Below are positions 12,901 to 28,595 of a stretch of 64,000 bases of DNA, piece by piece. A program made the translations under genes and the position numbers. Below the pieces are notes generated by a model. The model was not told where the DNA came from. It was given only the letters and a program-made list of their open reading frames with translations, and did no database searches. How positions within the stretch are numbered: position 1 is the first letter of the stretch; each line of letters opens with the position of its first letter. This DNA is from Eledone cirrhosa (lineage: Eukaryota), in assembly GCA_964016885.1 (NCBI GenBank), contig OZ024741.1:414594001-414658000 (forward strand), read 5' to 3'.

Positions 12901-15900
12901 TTGGTCTCACACCCTACCGAATATAAGACACCAGGAGACCTACATCACACATACTTTGGTCTTACACTCTACCGAGTATAAGACACCAGGAGACCTACAT
13001 CACACATACTTTGGTCTTACACTCTACCAAGTATAAGACACCAGGAAACCTACATCACACATACTTTGGTCTGACACTCTACCGAGTATAAGACACCAGG
13101 AGACCTACATCACACATACATAGGTTTAACACTCTACCGAGTATAAGACACCAGGAGACCTACATCACACATACATAGGTTTAACACTCTACTGAGTATA
13201 AGACACCAGGAGACCTACATCACACATACTTTGGTCTGACACTCTACCGAGTATAAGACACCAGGAGACCTACATCACACATACTTTGGTCTGACACTCT
13301 AGCGAGTATAACACACCAGGAGACCTACATCACACGTACTTTGGTCTGACACTCTACCGAGTATAACACACCAGGAGACCTACATCACACATACATAGGT
13401 TTAACACTCTACCGAGTATAAGACACCAGGAGACCTACATCACACGTACTTTGGTCTTACACTCTACCGAGTATGAGACACCAGGAGACCTACATCACAC
13501 GTACTTTGGTCTCACACTCTACCGAGTATAAGACACCAGGAGACCTACAGCACACATACTTTGATCTGACACTCTACCGAGTATAGGTCAACAGGAGACC
13601 TACATCACACATACATAGGTTTAACACTCTACCGAGTATAAGACACCAGGAGACCTACATCACACATACATAGGTTTAACACTCTACTGAGTATAAGACA
13701 CCAGGAGACCTACATCACACATACTTTGGTCTGACACTCTACCGAGTATAAGACACCAGGAGACCTACATCACACATACTTTGGTCTGACACTCTACCGA
13801 GTATAAGACACCAGGAGACCTACATCACACGTACTTTGGTCTTACACTCTACCGAGTATAAGACACCAGGGGGCCTACATCACACGTACTTTGGTCTGAC
13901 ACTCTACCGAATATAAGACACCAGGAGACCTACATCAGACGTACTTTGGTCTGACACTACCGAGTATAAGACACCAGGAGACCTACATCACACGTACTTT
14001 GGTCTGACACTCTACCGAGTATAAGACACCAGGAGACCTACATCACATGTACTTTGGTCTGACACTCTACCAAGTATAAGCCACCAGGAGACCTACATCA
14101 CACATACTTTGGTCTGACACTTTACCGAGTATAAGACACCAGGAGACCTACATCACACATACTTTGGTCTGACACTCTACCGACTATAAGACACTAGGAG
14201 ACCTACATCACACGTACTTTGGTCTGACACTCTACCGAGTATAAGACACCAGGAGACCTACATCACACGTACTTTGGTCTGACACTCTACCGAGTATAAG
14301 ACACCAGGAGACCTACATCACACGTACTTTGGTCTGACACTCTACCCAGTATAAGACACCGGGAGACCTACATCACACGTACTTTGGTCTGACACTCTAC
14401 CGAGTATAAGACACCAGGAGACCAACATCACACGTACTTTGGTCTGACACTCTACCCAGTATAAGACACCGGGAGACCTACATCACACATACTTTGGTCT
14501 GACACTCTACCGAGTATAAGACACCAGGAGACCTACATCACACGTACTTTGGTCTGACACTCTACCGAGTATAGGTCAACAGGAGACCTACATCACACAT
14601 ACATAGGTTTAACACTCTACCGAGTATAAGACACCAGGAGACCTACATCACACATACATAGGTTTAACACTCTACTGAGTATAAGACACCAGGAGACCTA
14701 CATCACACATACTTTGGTCTGACACTCTACCGAGTATAAGACACCAGGAGACCTACATCACACATACTTTGGTCTGACACTCTACCGAGTATAAGACACC
14801 AGGAGACCTACATCACACGTACTTTGGTCTTACACTCTACCGAGTATAAGACACCAGGGGGCCTACATCACACGTACTTTGGTCTGACACTCTACCGAAT
14901 ATAAGACACCAGGAGACCTACATCAGACGTACTTTGGTCTGACACTACCGAGTATAAGACACCAGGAGACCTACATCACACGTACTTTGGTCTGACACTC
15001 TACCGAGTATAAGACACCAGGAGACCTACATCACATGTACTTTGGTCTGACACTCTACCAAGTATAAGCCACCAGGAGACCTACATCACACATACTTTGG
15101 TCTGACACTCTACCGAGTATAAGACACCAGGAGACCTACATCACACGTACTTTGGTCTTACACTCTACCGAGTATAAGACACCAGGGGGCCTACATCACA
15201 CGTACTTTGGTCTGACACTCTACCGAATATAAGACACCAGGAGACCTACATCAGACGTACTTTGGTCTGACACTACCGAGTATAAGACACCAGGAGACCT
15301 ACATCACACGTACTTTGGTCTGACACTCTACCGAGTATAAGACACCAGGAGACCTACATCACATGTACTTTGGTCTGACACTCTACCAAGTATAAGCCAC
15401 CAGGAGACCTACATCACACATACTTTGGTCTGACACTTTACCGAGTATAAGACACCAGGAGACCTACATCACACATACTTTGGTCTGACACTCTACCGAC
15501 TATAAGACACTAGGAGACCTACATCACACGTACGTTGGTCTGACACTCTACCGAGTATAAGACACCAGGAGACCTACATCACACGTACTTTGGTCTGACA
15601 CTCTACCGAGTATAAGACACCAGGAGACCTACATCACACGTACTTTGGTCTGACACTCTACCCAGTATAAGACACCGGGAGACCTACATCACACGTACTT
15701 TGGTCTGACACTCTACCGAGTATAAGACACCAGGAGACCTACATGACACGTAATTTGGTCTGACACTCTACCGAGTATAAGACACCAGGAGACCTACATC
15801 ACACTTACTTTGGTCTGACACTCTACCGAGTATAAGACACCAGGAGACCTACATCACACATACTTTGGTCTGACACTCTACCGAGTATAACACACCAGGA

Positions 15901-18900
15901 GACCTACATCACACATACTTTGGTCTGACACTCTACCAAGTATAACACACCAGGAGACCTACAGCACACATACTTTGGTCTGACACTCTACCAAGTATAA
16001 GACACCAGGAGACATACATCACACATACTTTGGTCTGACACTCTACCGAGTATAACACACCAGGAGACCTACATCACACATACTTTGGTCTGACACTCTA
16101 CCGAGTATAACACACCAGGAGACCTACAGCACACATACTTTGGTCTCACACTCTACTGAGTATAACACACGAGGAGACCTACATCACACATACTTTGGTC
16201 TGACACTCTACCGAGTATAACACACCAGGAGAACTACATCACACATACTTTGGTCTGACACTCTACCGAGTATAACACACCAGGAGACCTACATCACACA
16301 TACATAGATCTGACACTCTACCGCGTATAAGACACCAGGAGACCTACATCACACGTACTTTGGTGTGACACTCTACCGAGTATAAGACACCAGGAGACCT
16401 ACATCACACGTACTTTGGTCTGACGCTCTACCGAGTATAAGACACCAGGAGACCTACATCACACATACATAGGTCTGACACTCTACCGAGTATAAGACAC
16501 CAGGAGACCTACATCACACGTACTTTGGTCTCACACTCTACCGAGTATAAGACACCAGGAGACCTACAGCACACATACTTTGATCTGACACTCTACCGAG
16601 TATAAGACACCAGGAGACCTACATCACACGTACTTTGGTCTGACACTCTACCGCGTATAAGACACCAGGAGACCTACATCACACGTACTTTGGTCTGACA
16701 CTCTACCGAGTATAAGACACCAGGAGACCTACATCACACGTACTTTGGTCTGACACTCTACCCAGTATAAGACACCGGGAGACCTACATCACACGTACTT
16801 TGGTCTGACACTCTACCGAGTATAAGACACCAGGAGACCTACATCACACGTACTTTGGTCTGACACTCTACCAAGTATAAGACACCAGGAGACCTACATC
16901 ACACATACATAGGTTTAACACTCTACCGAGTATAAGACACCAGGAGACCTACATCACACATACATAGGTTTAACACTCTACTGAGTATAAGACACCAGGA
17001 GACCTACATCACACATACTTTGGTCTGACACTCTACCGAGTATAAGACACCAGGAGACCTACATCACACATACTTTGGTCTGACACTCTACCGAGTATAA
17101 GACACCAGGAGACCTACATCACACGTACTTTGGTCTTACACTCTACCGAGTATAAGACACCAGGAGGCCTACATCACACGTACTTTGGTCTGACACTCTA
17201 CCGAATATAAGACACCAGGAGACCTACATCACACATACATAGGTCTGACACTCTACCGAGTATAAGACACCAGGAGACCTACATCACACATACATAGGTC
17301 TGACACTCTACCGAGTATAAGACACCAGGAGACCTACAGCACACATACTTTGGTCTCACACCCTACCGAATATAAGACACCAGGAGACCTACATCACACA
17401 TACTTTGGTCTTACACTCTACCGAGTATAAGACACCAGGAGACCTACATCACACATACTTTGGTCTTACACTCTACCAAGTATAAGACACCAGGAAACCT
17501 ACATCACACATACTTTGGTCTGACACTCTACCGAGTATAAGACACCAGGAGACCTACATCACACATACATAGGTTTAACACTCTACCGAGTATAAGACAC
17601 CAGGAGACCTACATCACACATACATAGGTTTAACACTCTACTGAGTATAAGACACCAGGAGACCTACATCACACATACTTTGGTCTGACACTCTACCGAG
17701 TATAAGACACCAGGAGACCTACATCACACATACTTTGGTCTGACACTCTAGCGAGTATAACACACCAGGAGACCTACATCACACGTACTTTGGTCTGACA
17801 CTCTACCGAGTATAACACACCAGGAGACCTACATCACACATACATAGGTTTAACACTCTACCGAGTATAAGACACCAGGAGACCTACATCACACGTACTT
17901 TGGTCTTACACTCTACCGAGTATGAGACACCAGGAGACCTACATCACACGTACTTTGGTCTCACACTCTACCGAGTATAAGACACCAGGAGACCTACAGC
18001 ACACATACTTTGATCTGACACTCTACCGAGTATAGGTCAACAGGAGACCTACATCACACATACATAGGTTTAACACTCTACCGAGTATAAGACACCAGGA
18101 GACCTACATCACACATACATAGGTTTAACACTCTACTGAGTATAAGACACCAGGAGACCTACATCACACATACTTTGGTCTGACACTCTACCGAGTATAA
18201 GACACCAGGAGACCTACATCACACATACTTTGGTCTGACACTCTACCGAGTATAAGACACCAGGAGACCTACATCACACGTACTTTGGTCTTACACTCTA
18301 CCGAGTATAAGACACCAGGGGGCCTACATCACACGTACTTTGGTCTGACACTCTACCGAATATAAGACACCAGGAGACCTACATCAGACGTACTTTGGTC
18401 TGACACTACCGAGTATAAGACACCAGGAGACCTACATCACACGTACTTTGGTCTGACACTCTACCGAGTATAAGACACCAGGAGACCTACATCACATGTA
18501 CTTTGGTCTGACACTCTACCAAGTATAAGCCACCAGGAGACCTACATCACACATACTTTGGTCTGACACTTTACCGAGTATAAGACACCAGGAGACCTAC
18601 ATCACACATACTTTGGTCTGACACTCTACCGACTATAAGACACTAGGAGACCTACATCACACGTACTTTGGTCTGACACTCTACCGAGTATAAGACACCA
18701 GGAGACCTACATCACACGTACTTTGGTCTGACACTCTACCGAGTATAAGACACCAGGAGACCTACATCACACGTACTTTGGTCTGACACTCTACCCAGTA
18801 TAAGACACCGGGAGACCTACATCACACGTACTTTGGTCTGACACTCTACCGAGTATAAGACACCAGGAGACCAACATCACACGTACTTTGGTCTGACACT

Positions 18901-21100
18901 CTACCCAGTATAAGACACCGGGAGACCTACATCACACATACTTTGGTCTGACACTCTACCGAGTATAAGACACCAGGAGACCTACATCACACGTACTTTG
19001 GTCTGACACTCTACCGAGTATAGGTCAACAGGAGACCTACATCACACATACATAGGTTTAACACTCTACCGAGTATAAGACACCAGGAGACCTACATCAC
19101 ACATACATAGGTTTAACACTCTACTGAGTATAAGACACCAGGAGACCTACATCACACATACTTTGGTCTGACACTCTACCGAGTATAAGACACCAGGAGA
19201 CCTACATCACACATACTTTGGTCTGACACTCTACCGAGTATAAGACACCAGGAGACCTACATCACACGTACTTTGGTCTTACACTCTACCGAGTATAAGA
19301 CACCAGGGGGCCTACATCACACGTACTTTGGTCTGACACTCTACCGAATATAAGACACCAGGAGACCTACATCAGACGTACTTTGGTCTGACACTACCGA
19401 GTATAAGACACCAGGAGACCTACATCACACGTACTTTGGTCTGACACTCTACCGAGTATAAGACACCAGGAGACCTACATCACATGTACTTTGGTCTGAC
19501 ACTCTACCAAGTATAAGCCACCAGGAGACCTACATCACACATACTTTGGTCTGACACTCTACCGAGTATAAGACACCAGGAGACCTACATCACACGTACT
19601 TTGGTCTTACACTCTACCGAGTATAAGACACCAGGGGGCCTACATCACACGTACTTTGGTCTGACACTCTACCGAATATAAGACACCAGGAGACCTACAT
19701 CAGACGTACTTTGGTCTGACACTACCGAGTATAAGACACCAGGAGACCTACATCACACGTACTTTGGTCTGACACTCTACCGAGTATAAGACACCAGGAG
19801 ACCTACATCACATGTACTTTGGTCTGACACTCTACCAAGTATAAGCCACCAGGAGACCTACATCACACATACTTTGGTCTGACACTTTACCGAGTATAAG
19901 ACACCAGGAGACCTACATCACACATACTTTGGTCTGACACTCTACCGACTATAAGACACTAGGAGACCTACATCACACGTACGTTGGTCTGACACTCTAC
20001 CGAGTATAAGACACCAGGAGACCTACATCACACGTACTTTGGTCTGACACTCTACCGAGTATAAGACACCAGGAGACCTACATCACACGTACTTTGGTCT
20101 GACACTCTACCCAGTATAAGACACCGGGAGACCTACATCACACGTACTTTGGTCTGACACTCTACCGAGTATAAGACACCAGGAGACCTACATGACACGT
20201 AATTTGGTCTGACACTCTACCGAGTATAAGACACCAGGAGACCTACATCACACTTACTTTGGTCTGACACTCTACCGAGTATAAGACACCAGGAGACCTA
20301 CATCACACATACTTTGGTCTGACACTCTACCGAGTATAACACACCAGGAGACCTACATCACACATACTTTGGTCTGACACTCTACCAAGTATAACACACC
20401 AGGAGACCTACAGCACACATACTTTGGTCTGACACTCTACCAAGTATAAGACACCAGGAGACATACATCACACATACTTTGGTCTGACACTCTACCGAGT
20501 ATAACACACCAGGAGACCTACATCACACATACTTTGGTCTGACACTCTACCGAGTATAACACACCAGGAGACCTACAGCACACATACTTTGGTCTCACAC
20601 TCTACTGAGTATAACACACGAGGAGACCTACATCACACATACTTTGGTCTGACACTCTACCGAGTATAACACACCAGGAGAACTACATCACACATACTTG
20701 GTCTGACACTCTACCGAGTATAACACACCAGGAGACCTACATCACACATACATAGATCTGACACTCTACCGCGTATAAGACACCAGGAGACCTACATCAC
20801 ACGTACTTTGGTGTGACACTCTACCGAGTATAAGACACCAGGAGACCTACATCACACGTACTTTGGTCTGACGCTCTACCGAGTATAAGACACCAGGAGA
20901 CCTACATCACACATACATAGGTCTGACACTCTACCGAGTATAAGACACCAGGAGACCTACATCACACGTACTTTGGTCTCACACTCTACCGAGTATAAGA
21001 CACCAGGAGACCTACAGCACACATACTTTGATCTGACACTCTACCGAGTATAAGACACCAGGAGACCTACATCACACGTACTTTGGTCTGACACTCTACC
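7000..21100. repeat. Tandem ~4.3-4.4 kb HOR (79-81 monomers), about 3 copies
   Basis: GGAAAC marker at 8706, 13045, 17494 and TAGCGAG at 8961, 13300, 17749. Spacings are 4339 (79x55-6) and 4449 (81x55-6). Confidence 0.85.
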
Positions 21101-24100
21101 GCGTATAAGACACCGGGAGACCTACATCACACGTACTTTGGTCTGACACTCTACCGAGTATAAGACACCAGGAGACCTACATCACACGTACTTTGGTCTG
21201 ACACTCTACCAAGTATAAGACACCAGGAGACCTACATCACACATACATAGGTTTAACACTCTACTGAGTATAAGACACCAGGAGACCTACATCACACATA
21301 CTTTGGTCTGACACTCTACCGAGTATAAGACACCAGGAGACCTACATCACACATACTTTGGTCTGACACTCTACCGAGTATAAGACACCAGGAGACCTAC
21401 ATCACACGTACTTTGGTCTTACACTCTACCGAGTATAAGACACCAGGAGGCCTACATCACACGTACTTTGGTCTGACACTCTACCGAATATAAGACACCA
21501 GGAGACCTACATCACACGTACTTTGGTCTGACACTCTACCGAGTATAAGACACCAGGAGACCTACATCACACGTACTTTGGTCTGACACTCTACCGAGTA
21601 TAAGACACCGGGAGACCTACATCACATGTACTTTGGTCTGACACTCTACCAAGTATAAGCCACCAGGAGACCTACATCACACATACTTTGGTCTGACACT
21701 TTACCAAGTATAAGACACCAGGAGACCTACATCACACATACATAGGTCTGACACTCTACCGAGTATAAGACACCAGGAGACCTACAGCACACATACTTTG
21801 GTCTCACACCCTACCGAATATAAGACGCCAGGAGACCTACATCACACATACTTTGGTCTTACACTCTACCGAGTATAAGACACCAGGAGACCTACATCAC
21901 ACATACTTTGGTCTTACACTCTACCAAGTATAAGACACCAGGAGACCTACATCACACATACTTTGGTCTGACACTCTACCGAGTATAAGACACCAGGAGA
22001 CCTACATCACACATACATAGGTTTAACACTCTACCGAGTATAAGACACCAGGAGACCTACATCACACATATATAGGTTTAACACTCTACTGAGTATAAGA
22101 CACCGGGAGACCTACATCACACGTACTTTGGTCTGACACTCTACCGAGTATAAGACACCAGGAGACCTACATCACACGTACTTTGGTCTGACACTCTACC
22201 GAGTATAAGACACCAGGAGACCTACATCACACATACATAGGTTTAACACTCTACCGAGTATAAGACACCAGGAGACCTACATCACACATACATAAGTTTA
22301 ACACTCTACTGAGTATAAGACACCAGGAGACCTACATCACACATACTTTGGTCTGACACTCTACCGAGTATAAGACACCAGGAGACCTACATCACACATA
22401 CTTTGGTCTGACACTCTACCGAGTATAAGACACCAGGAGACCTACATCACACGTACTTTGGTCTTACACTCTACCGAGTATAAGACACCAGGTGGCCTAC
22501 ATCACACGTACTTTGGTCTGACACTCTACCGAATATAAGACACCAGGAGACCTACATCACACGTACTTTGGTCTGACACTCTACCGAGTATAAGACACCA
22601 GGAGACCTACATCACACGTACTTTGGTCTGACACTCTACCGAGTATAAGACACCAGGAGACCTACATCACATGTACTTTGGTCTGACACTCTACCAAGTA
22701 TAAGCCACCAGGAGACCTACATCACACATACTTTGGTCTGACACTTTACCGAGTATAAGACACCAGGAGACCTACATCACACGTACTTTGGTCTCACACT
22801 CTACCAAGTATAAGACACCAGGAGACCTACATCACACATACTTTGGTCTTACACTCTACCGAGTATAAGACACCAGGAGACCTACATCACACATACTTTG
22901 GTCTTACACTCTACCAAGTATAAGACACCAGGAGACCTACATCACACATACTTTGGTCTGACACTCTACCGAGTATAAGACACCAGGAGACCTACATCAC
23001 ACATACATAGATCTGACACTCTACCGCGTATAAGACACCAGGAGACCTACATCACACGTACTTTGGTCTGACACTCTACCGAGTATAAGACACCAGGAGA
23101 CCTACATCACACGTACTTTGGTCTGACACTCTACCCAGTATAAGACACCGGGAGACCTACATCACACGTACTTTGGGCTGACACTCTACCGAGTATAAGA
23201 CACCAGGAGACCTACATCACACGTACTTTGGTCTGACACTCTACCGAGTATAAGACACCAGGAGACCTACATCACACATACATAGGTTTAACACTCTACC
23301 GAGTATAAGACACCATGAGACCTACATCACACATACATAGGTTTAACACTCTACTGAGTATAAGACACCAGGAGACCTACATCACACATACTTTGGTCTG
23401 ACACTCTACCGACTATAAGACACTAGGAGACCTACATCACATGTACTTTGGTCTGACACTCTACCGAGTATAAGACACCAGGAGACCTACATCACACGTA
23501 ATTTGGTCTGACACTCTACCGAGTATAAGACACCAGGAGACCTACATGACACGTACTTTGGTCTGACACTCTACCGAGTATAAGACACCGGGAGACCTAC
23601 ATCACACGTACTTTGGTCTGACACTCTACCGAGTATAAGACACCAGGAGACCTACATGACACGTACTTTGGTCTGACACTCTACCGAGTATAAGACACCA
23701 GGAGACCTACATCACACGGACTTTGGTCTGACACTCTACCGAGTATAAGACACCAGGAGACCTACATCACACATACTTTGGTCTGACACTCTACCGAGTA
23801 TAACACACCAGGAGATCTACATCACACATACTTTGGTCTGACACTCTACCAAGTATAACACACCAGGAGACCTACAGCACACATACTTTGGTCTGACACT
23901 CTACCAAGTATAAGACACCAGGAGACCTACATCACACATACTTTGGTCTGACACTCTACCGAGTATAACACACCAGGAGACCTACATCACACATACTTTG
24001 GTCTGACACTCTACCGAGTATAACACACCAGGAGACCTACAGAACACATACTTTGGTCTCACACTCTACTGAGTATAACACACGAGGAGACCTACATCGC

Positions 24101-27100
24101 ACATACTTTGGTCTGACACTCTACCGAGTATAACACACCAAGAGAACTACATCACACATACTTTGGTCTGACACTCTACCGAGTATAACACACCAGGAGA
24201 CCTACAGCACACATACTTTGATCTGACAGTCTACCGAGTATAAGACACCAGGAGACCTACATCACACGTACTTTGGTCTGACACTCTACCGAGTATAACA
24301 CACCAGGAGACCTACATCACACATACATAGATCTGACACTCTACCGCGTATAAGACACCAGGAGACCTACATCACACGTACTTTGGTCTGACACTCTACC
24401 GAGTATAAGACACCAGGAGACCAACATCACACGTACTTTGGTCTGACACTCTACCCAGTATAAGACACCGGGAGACCTACATCACACATACTTTGGTCTG
24501 ACACTCTACCGAGTATAAGACACCAGGAGACCTACATCACACGTACTTTGGTCTGACACTCTACCGAGTATAGGTCAACAAGAGACCTACATCACACATA
24601 CATAGGTTTAACACTCTACCGAGTATAAGACACCAGGAGACCTACATCACACATACATAGGTTTAACACTCTACTGAGTATAAGACACGAGGAGACCTAC
24701 ATCACACATACTTTGGTCTGACACTCTACCGAGTATAAGACACCAGGAGACCTACATCACACATACTTTGGTCTGACACTCTACCGAGTATAAGACACCA
24801 GGAGACCTACATCACACGTACTTTGGTCTTACACTCTACCGAGTATAAGACACCAGGGGGCCTACATCACACGTACTTTGGTCTGACACTCTACCGAATA
24901 TAAGACACCAGGAGACCTACATCAGACGTACTTTGGTCTGACACTACCGAGTATAAGACACCAGGAGACCTACATCACACGTACTTTGGTCTGACACTCT
25001 ACCGAGTATAAGACACCAGGAGACCTACATCACATGTACTTTGGTCTGACACTCTACCAAGTATAAGCCACCAGGAGACCTACATCACACATACTTTGGT
25101 CTGACACTTTACCGAGTATAAGACACCAGGAGACCTACATCACACATACTTTGGTCTGACACTCTACCGACTATAAGACACTAGGAGACCTACATCACAC
25201 GTACTTTGGTCTGACACTCTACCGAGTATAAGACACCAGGAGACCTACATCACACGTACTTTGGTCTGACACTCTACCGAGTATAAGACACCAGGAGACC
25301 TACATCACACGTACTTTGGTCTGACACTCTACCCAGTATAAGACACCGGGAGACCTACATCACACGTACTTTGGTCTGACATTCTACCGAGTATAAGACA
25401 CCAGGAGACCTACATGACACGTAATTTGGTCTGACACTCTACCGAGTATAAGACACCAGGAGACCTACATCACACTTACTTTGGTCTGACACTCTACCGA
25501 GTATAAGACACCAGGAGACCTACATCACACATACTTTGGTCTGACACTCTACCGAGTATAACACACCAGGAGACCTACATCACACATACTTTGGTCTGAC
25601 ACTCTACCAAGTATAAGACACCAGGAGACATACATCACACATACTTTGGTCTGACACTCTACCGAGTATAACACACCAGGAGACCTACAGCACACATACT
25701 TTGGTCTGACACTCTACCAAGTATAAGACACCAGGAGACATACATCACACATACTTTGGTCTGACACTCTACCGAGTATAACACACCAGGAGACCTACAT
25801 CACACATACTTTGGTCTGACACTCTACCGAGTATAACACACCAGGAGACCTACAGCACACATACTTTGGTCTCACACTCTACTGAGTATAACACACGAGG
25901 AGACCTACATCACACATACTTTGGTCTGACACTCTACCGAGTATAACACACCAGGAGAACTACATCACACATACTTTGGTCTGACACTCTACCGAGTATA
26001 ACACACCAGGAGACCTACATCACACATACATAGATCTGACACTCTACCGCGTATAAGACACCAGGAGACCTACATCACACGTACTTTGGTGTGACACTCT
26101 ACCGAGTATAAGACACCAGGAGACCTACATCACACGTACTTTGGTCTGACGCTCTACCGAGTATAAGACACCAGGAGACCTACATCACACATACATAGGT
26201 CTGACACTCTACCGAGTATAAGACACCAGGAGACCTACATCACACGTACTTTGGTCTCACACTCTACCGAGTATAAGACACCAGGAGACCTACAGCACAC
26301 ATACTTTGATCTGACACTCTACCGAGTATAAGACACCAGGAGACCTACATCACACGTACTTTGGTCTGACACTCTACCGCGTATAAGACACCAGGAGACC
26401 TACATCACACGTACTTTGGTCTGACACTCTACCGAGTATAAGACACCAGGAGACCTACATCACACGTACTTTGGTCTGACACTCTACCCAGTATAAGACA
26501 CCGGGAGACCTACATCACACGTACTTTGGTCTGACACTCTACCGAGTATAAGACACCAGGAGACCTACATCACACGTACTTTGGTCTGACACTCTACCAA
26601 GTATAAGACACCAGGAGACCTACATCACACATACATAGGTTTAACACTCTACCGAGTATAAGACACCAGGAGACCTACATCACACATACATAGGTTTAAC
26701 ACTCTACTGAGTATAAGACACCAGGAGACCTACATCACACATACTTTGGTCTGACACTCTACCGAGTATAAGACACCAGGAGACCTACATCACACATACT
26801 TTGGTCTGACACTCTACCGAGTATAAGACACCAGGAGACCTACATCACACGTACTTTGGTCTTACACTCTACCGAGTATAAGACACCAGGAGGCCTACAT
26901 CACACGTACTTTGGTCTGACACTCTACCGAATATAAGACACCAGGAGACCTACATCACACATACATAGGTCTGACACTCTACCGAGTATAAGACACCAGG
27001 AGACCTACATCACACATACATAGGTCTGACACTCTACCGAGTATAAGACACCAGGAGACCTACAGCACACATACTTTGGTCTCACACCCTACCGAATATA

Positions 27101-28595
27101 AGACACCAGGAGACCTACATCACACATACTTTGGTCTTACACTCTACCGAGTATAAGACACCAGGAGACCTACATCACACATACTTTGGTCTTACACTCT
27201 ACCAAGTATAAGACACCAGGAGACCTACATCACACATACTTTGGTCTGACACTCTACCGAGTATAAGACACCAGGAGACCTACATCACACATACATAGGT
27301 TTAACACTCTACCGAGTATAAGACACCAGGAGACCTACATCACACATACATAGGTTTAACACTCTACTGAGTATAAGACACCAGGAGACCTACATCACAC
27401 ATACTTTGGTCTGACACTCTACCGAGTATAAGACACCAGGAGACCTACATCACACATACTTTGGTCTGACACTCTAGCGAGTATAACACACCAGGAGACC
27501 TACATCACACGTACTTTGGTCTGACACTCTACCGAGTATAACACACCAGGAGACCTACATCACACATACATAGGTTTAACACTCTACCGAGTATAAGACA
27601 CCAGGAGACCTACATCACACGTACTTTGGTCTTACACTCTACCGAGTATGAGACACCAGGAGACCTACATCACACGTACTTTGGTCTCACACTCTACCGA
27701 GTATAAGACACCAGGAGACCTACAGCACACATACTTTGATCTGACACTCTACCGAGTATAGGTCAACAGGAGACCTACATCACACATACATAGGTTTAAC
27801 ACTCTACCGAGTATAAGACACCAGGAGACCTACATCACACATACATAGGTTTAACACTCTACTGAGTATAAGACACCAGGAGACCTACATCACACATACT
27901 TTGGTCTGACACTCTACCGAGTATAAGACACCAGGAGACCTACATCACACATACTTTGGTCTGACACTCTACCGAGTATAAGACACCAGGAGACCTACAT
28001 CACACGTACTTTGGTCTTACACTCTACCGAGTATAAGACACCAGGGGGCCTACATCACACGTACTTTGGTCTGACACTCTACCGAATATAAGACACCAGG
28101 AGACCTACATCAGACGTACTTTGGTCTGACACTACCGAGTATAAGACACCAGGAGACCTACATCACACGTACTTTGGTCTGACACTCTACCGAGTATAAG
28201 ACACCAGGAGACCTACATCACATGTACTTTGGTCTGACACTCTACCAAGTATAAGCCACCAGGAGACCTACATCACACATACTTTGGTCTGACACTTTAC
28301 CGAGTATAAGACACCAGGAGACCTACATCACACATACTTTGGTCTGACACTCTACCGACTATAAGACACTAGGAGACCTACATCACACGTACTTTGGTCT
28401 GACACTCTACCGAGTATAAGACACCAGGAGACCTACATCACACGTACTTTGGTCTGACACTCTACCGAGTATAAGACACCAGGAGACCTACATCACACGT
28501 ACTTTGGTCTGACACTCTACCCAGTATAAGACACCGGGTGACCTACATCACACGTACTTTGGTCTGACACTCTACCGAGTATAAGACACCAGGAG
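18845..28595. repeat. ~9.7 kb near-identical copy of ~330-10080 (offset 18,514 bp)
   Basis: Constant offset of rare markers: CCAA 357/18871, TACTTGG 2181/20695, GACAGTC 5711/24225, TAGCGAG 8961/27475. Confidence 0.88.
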
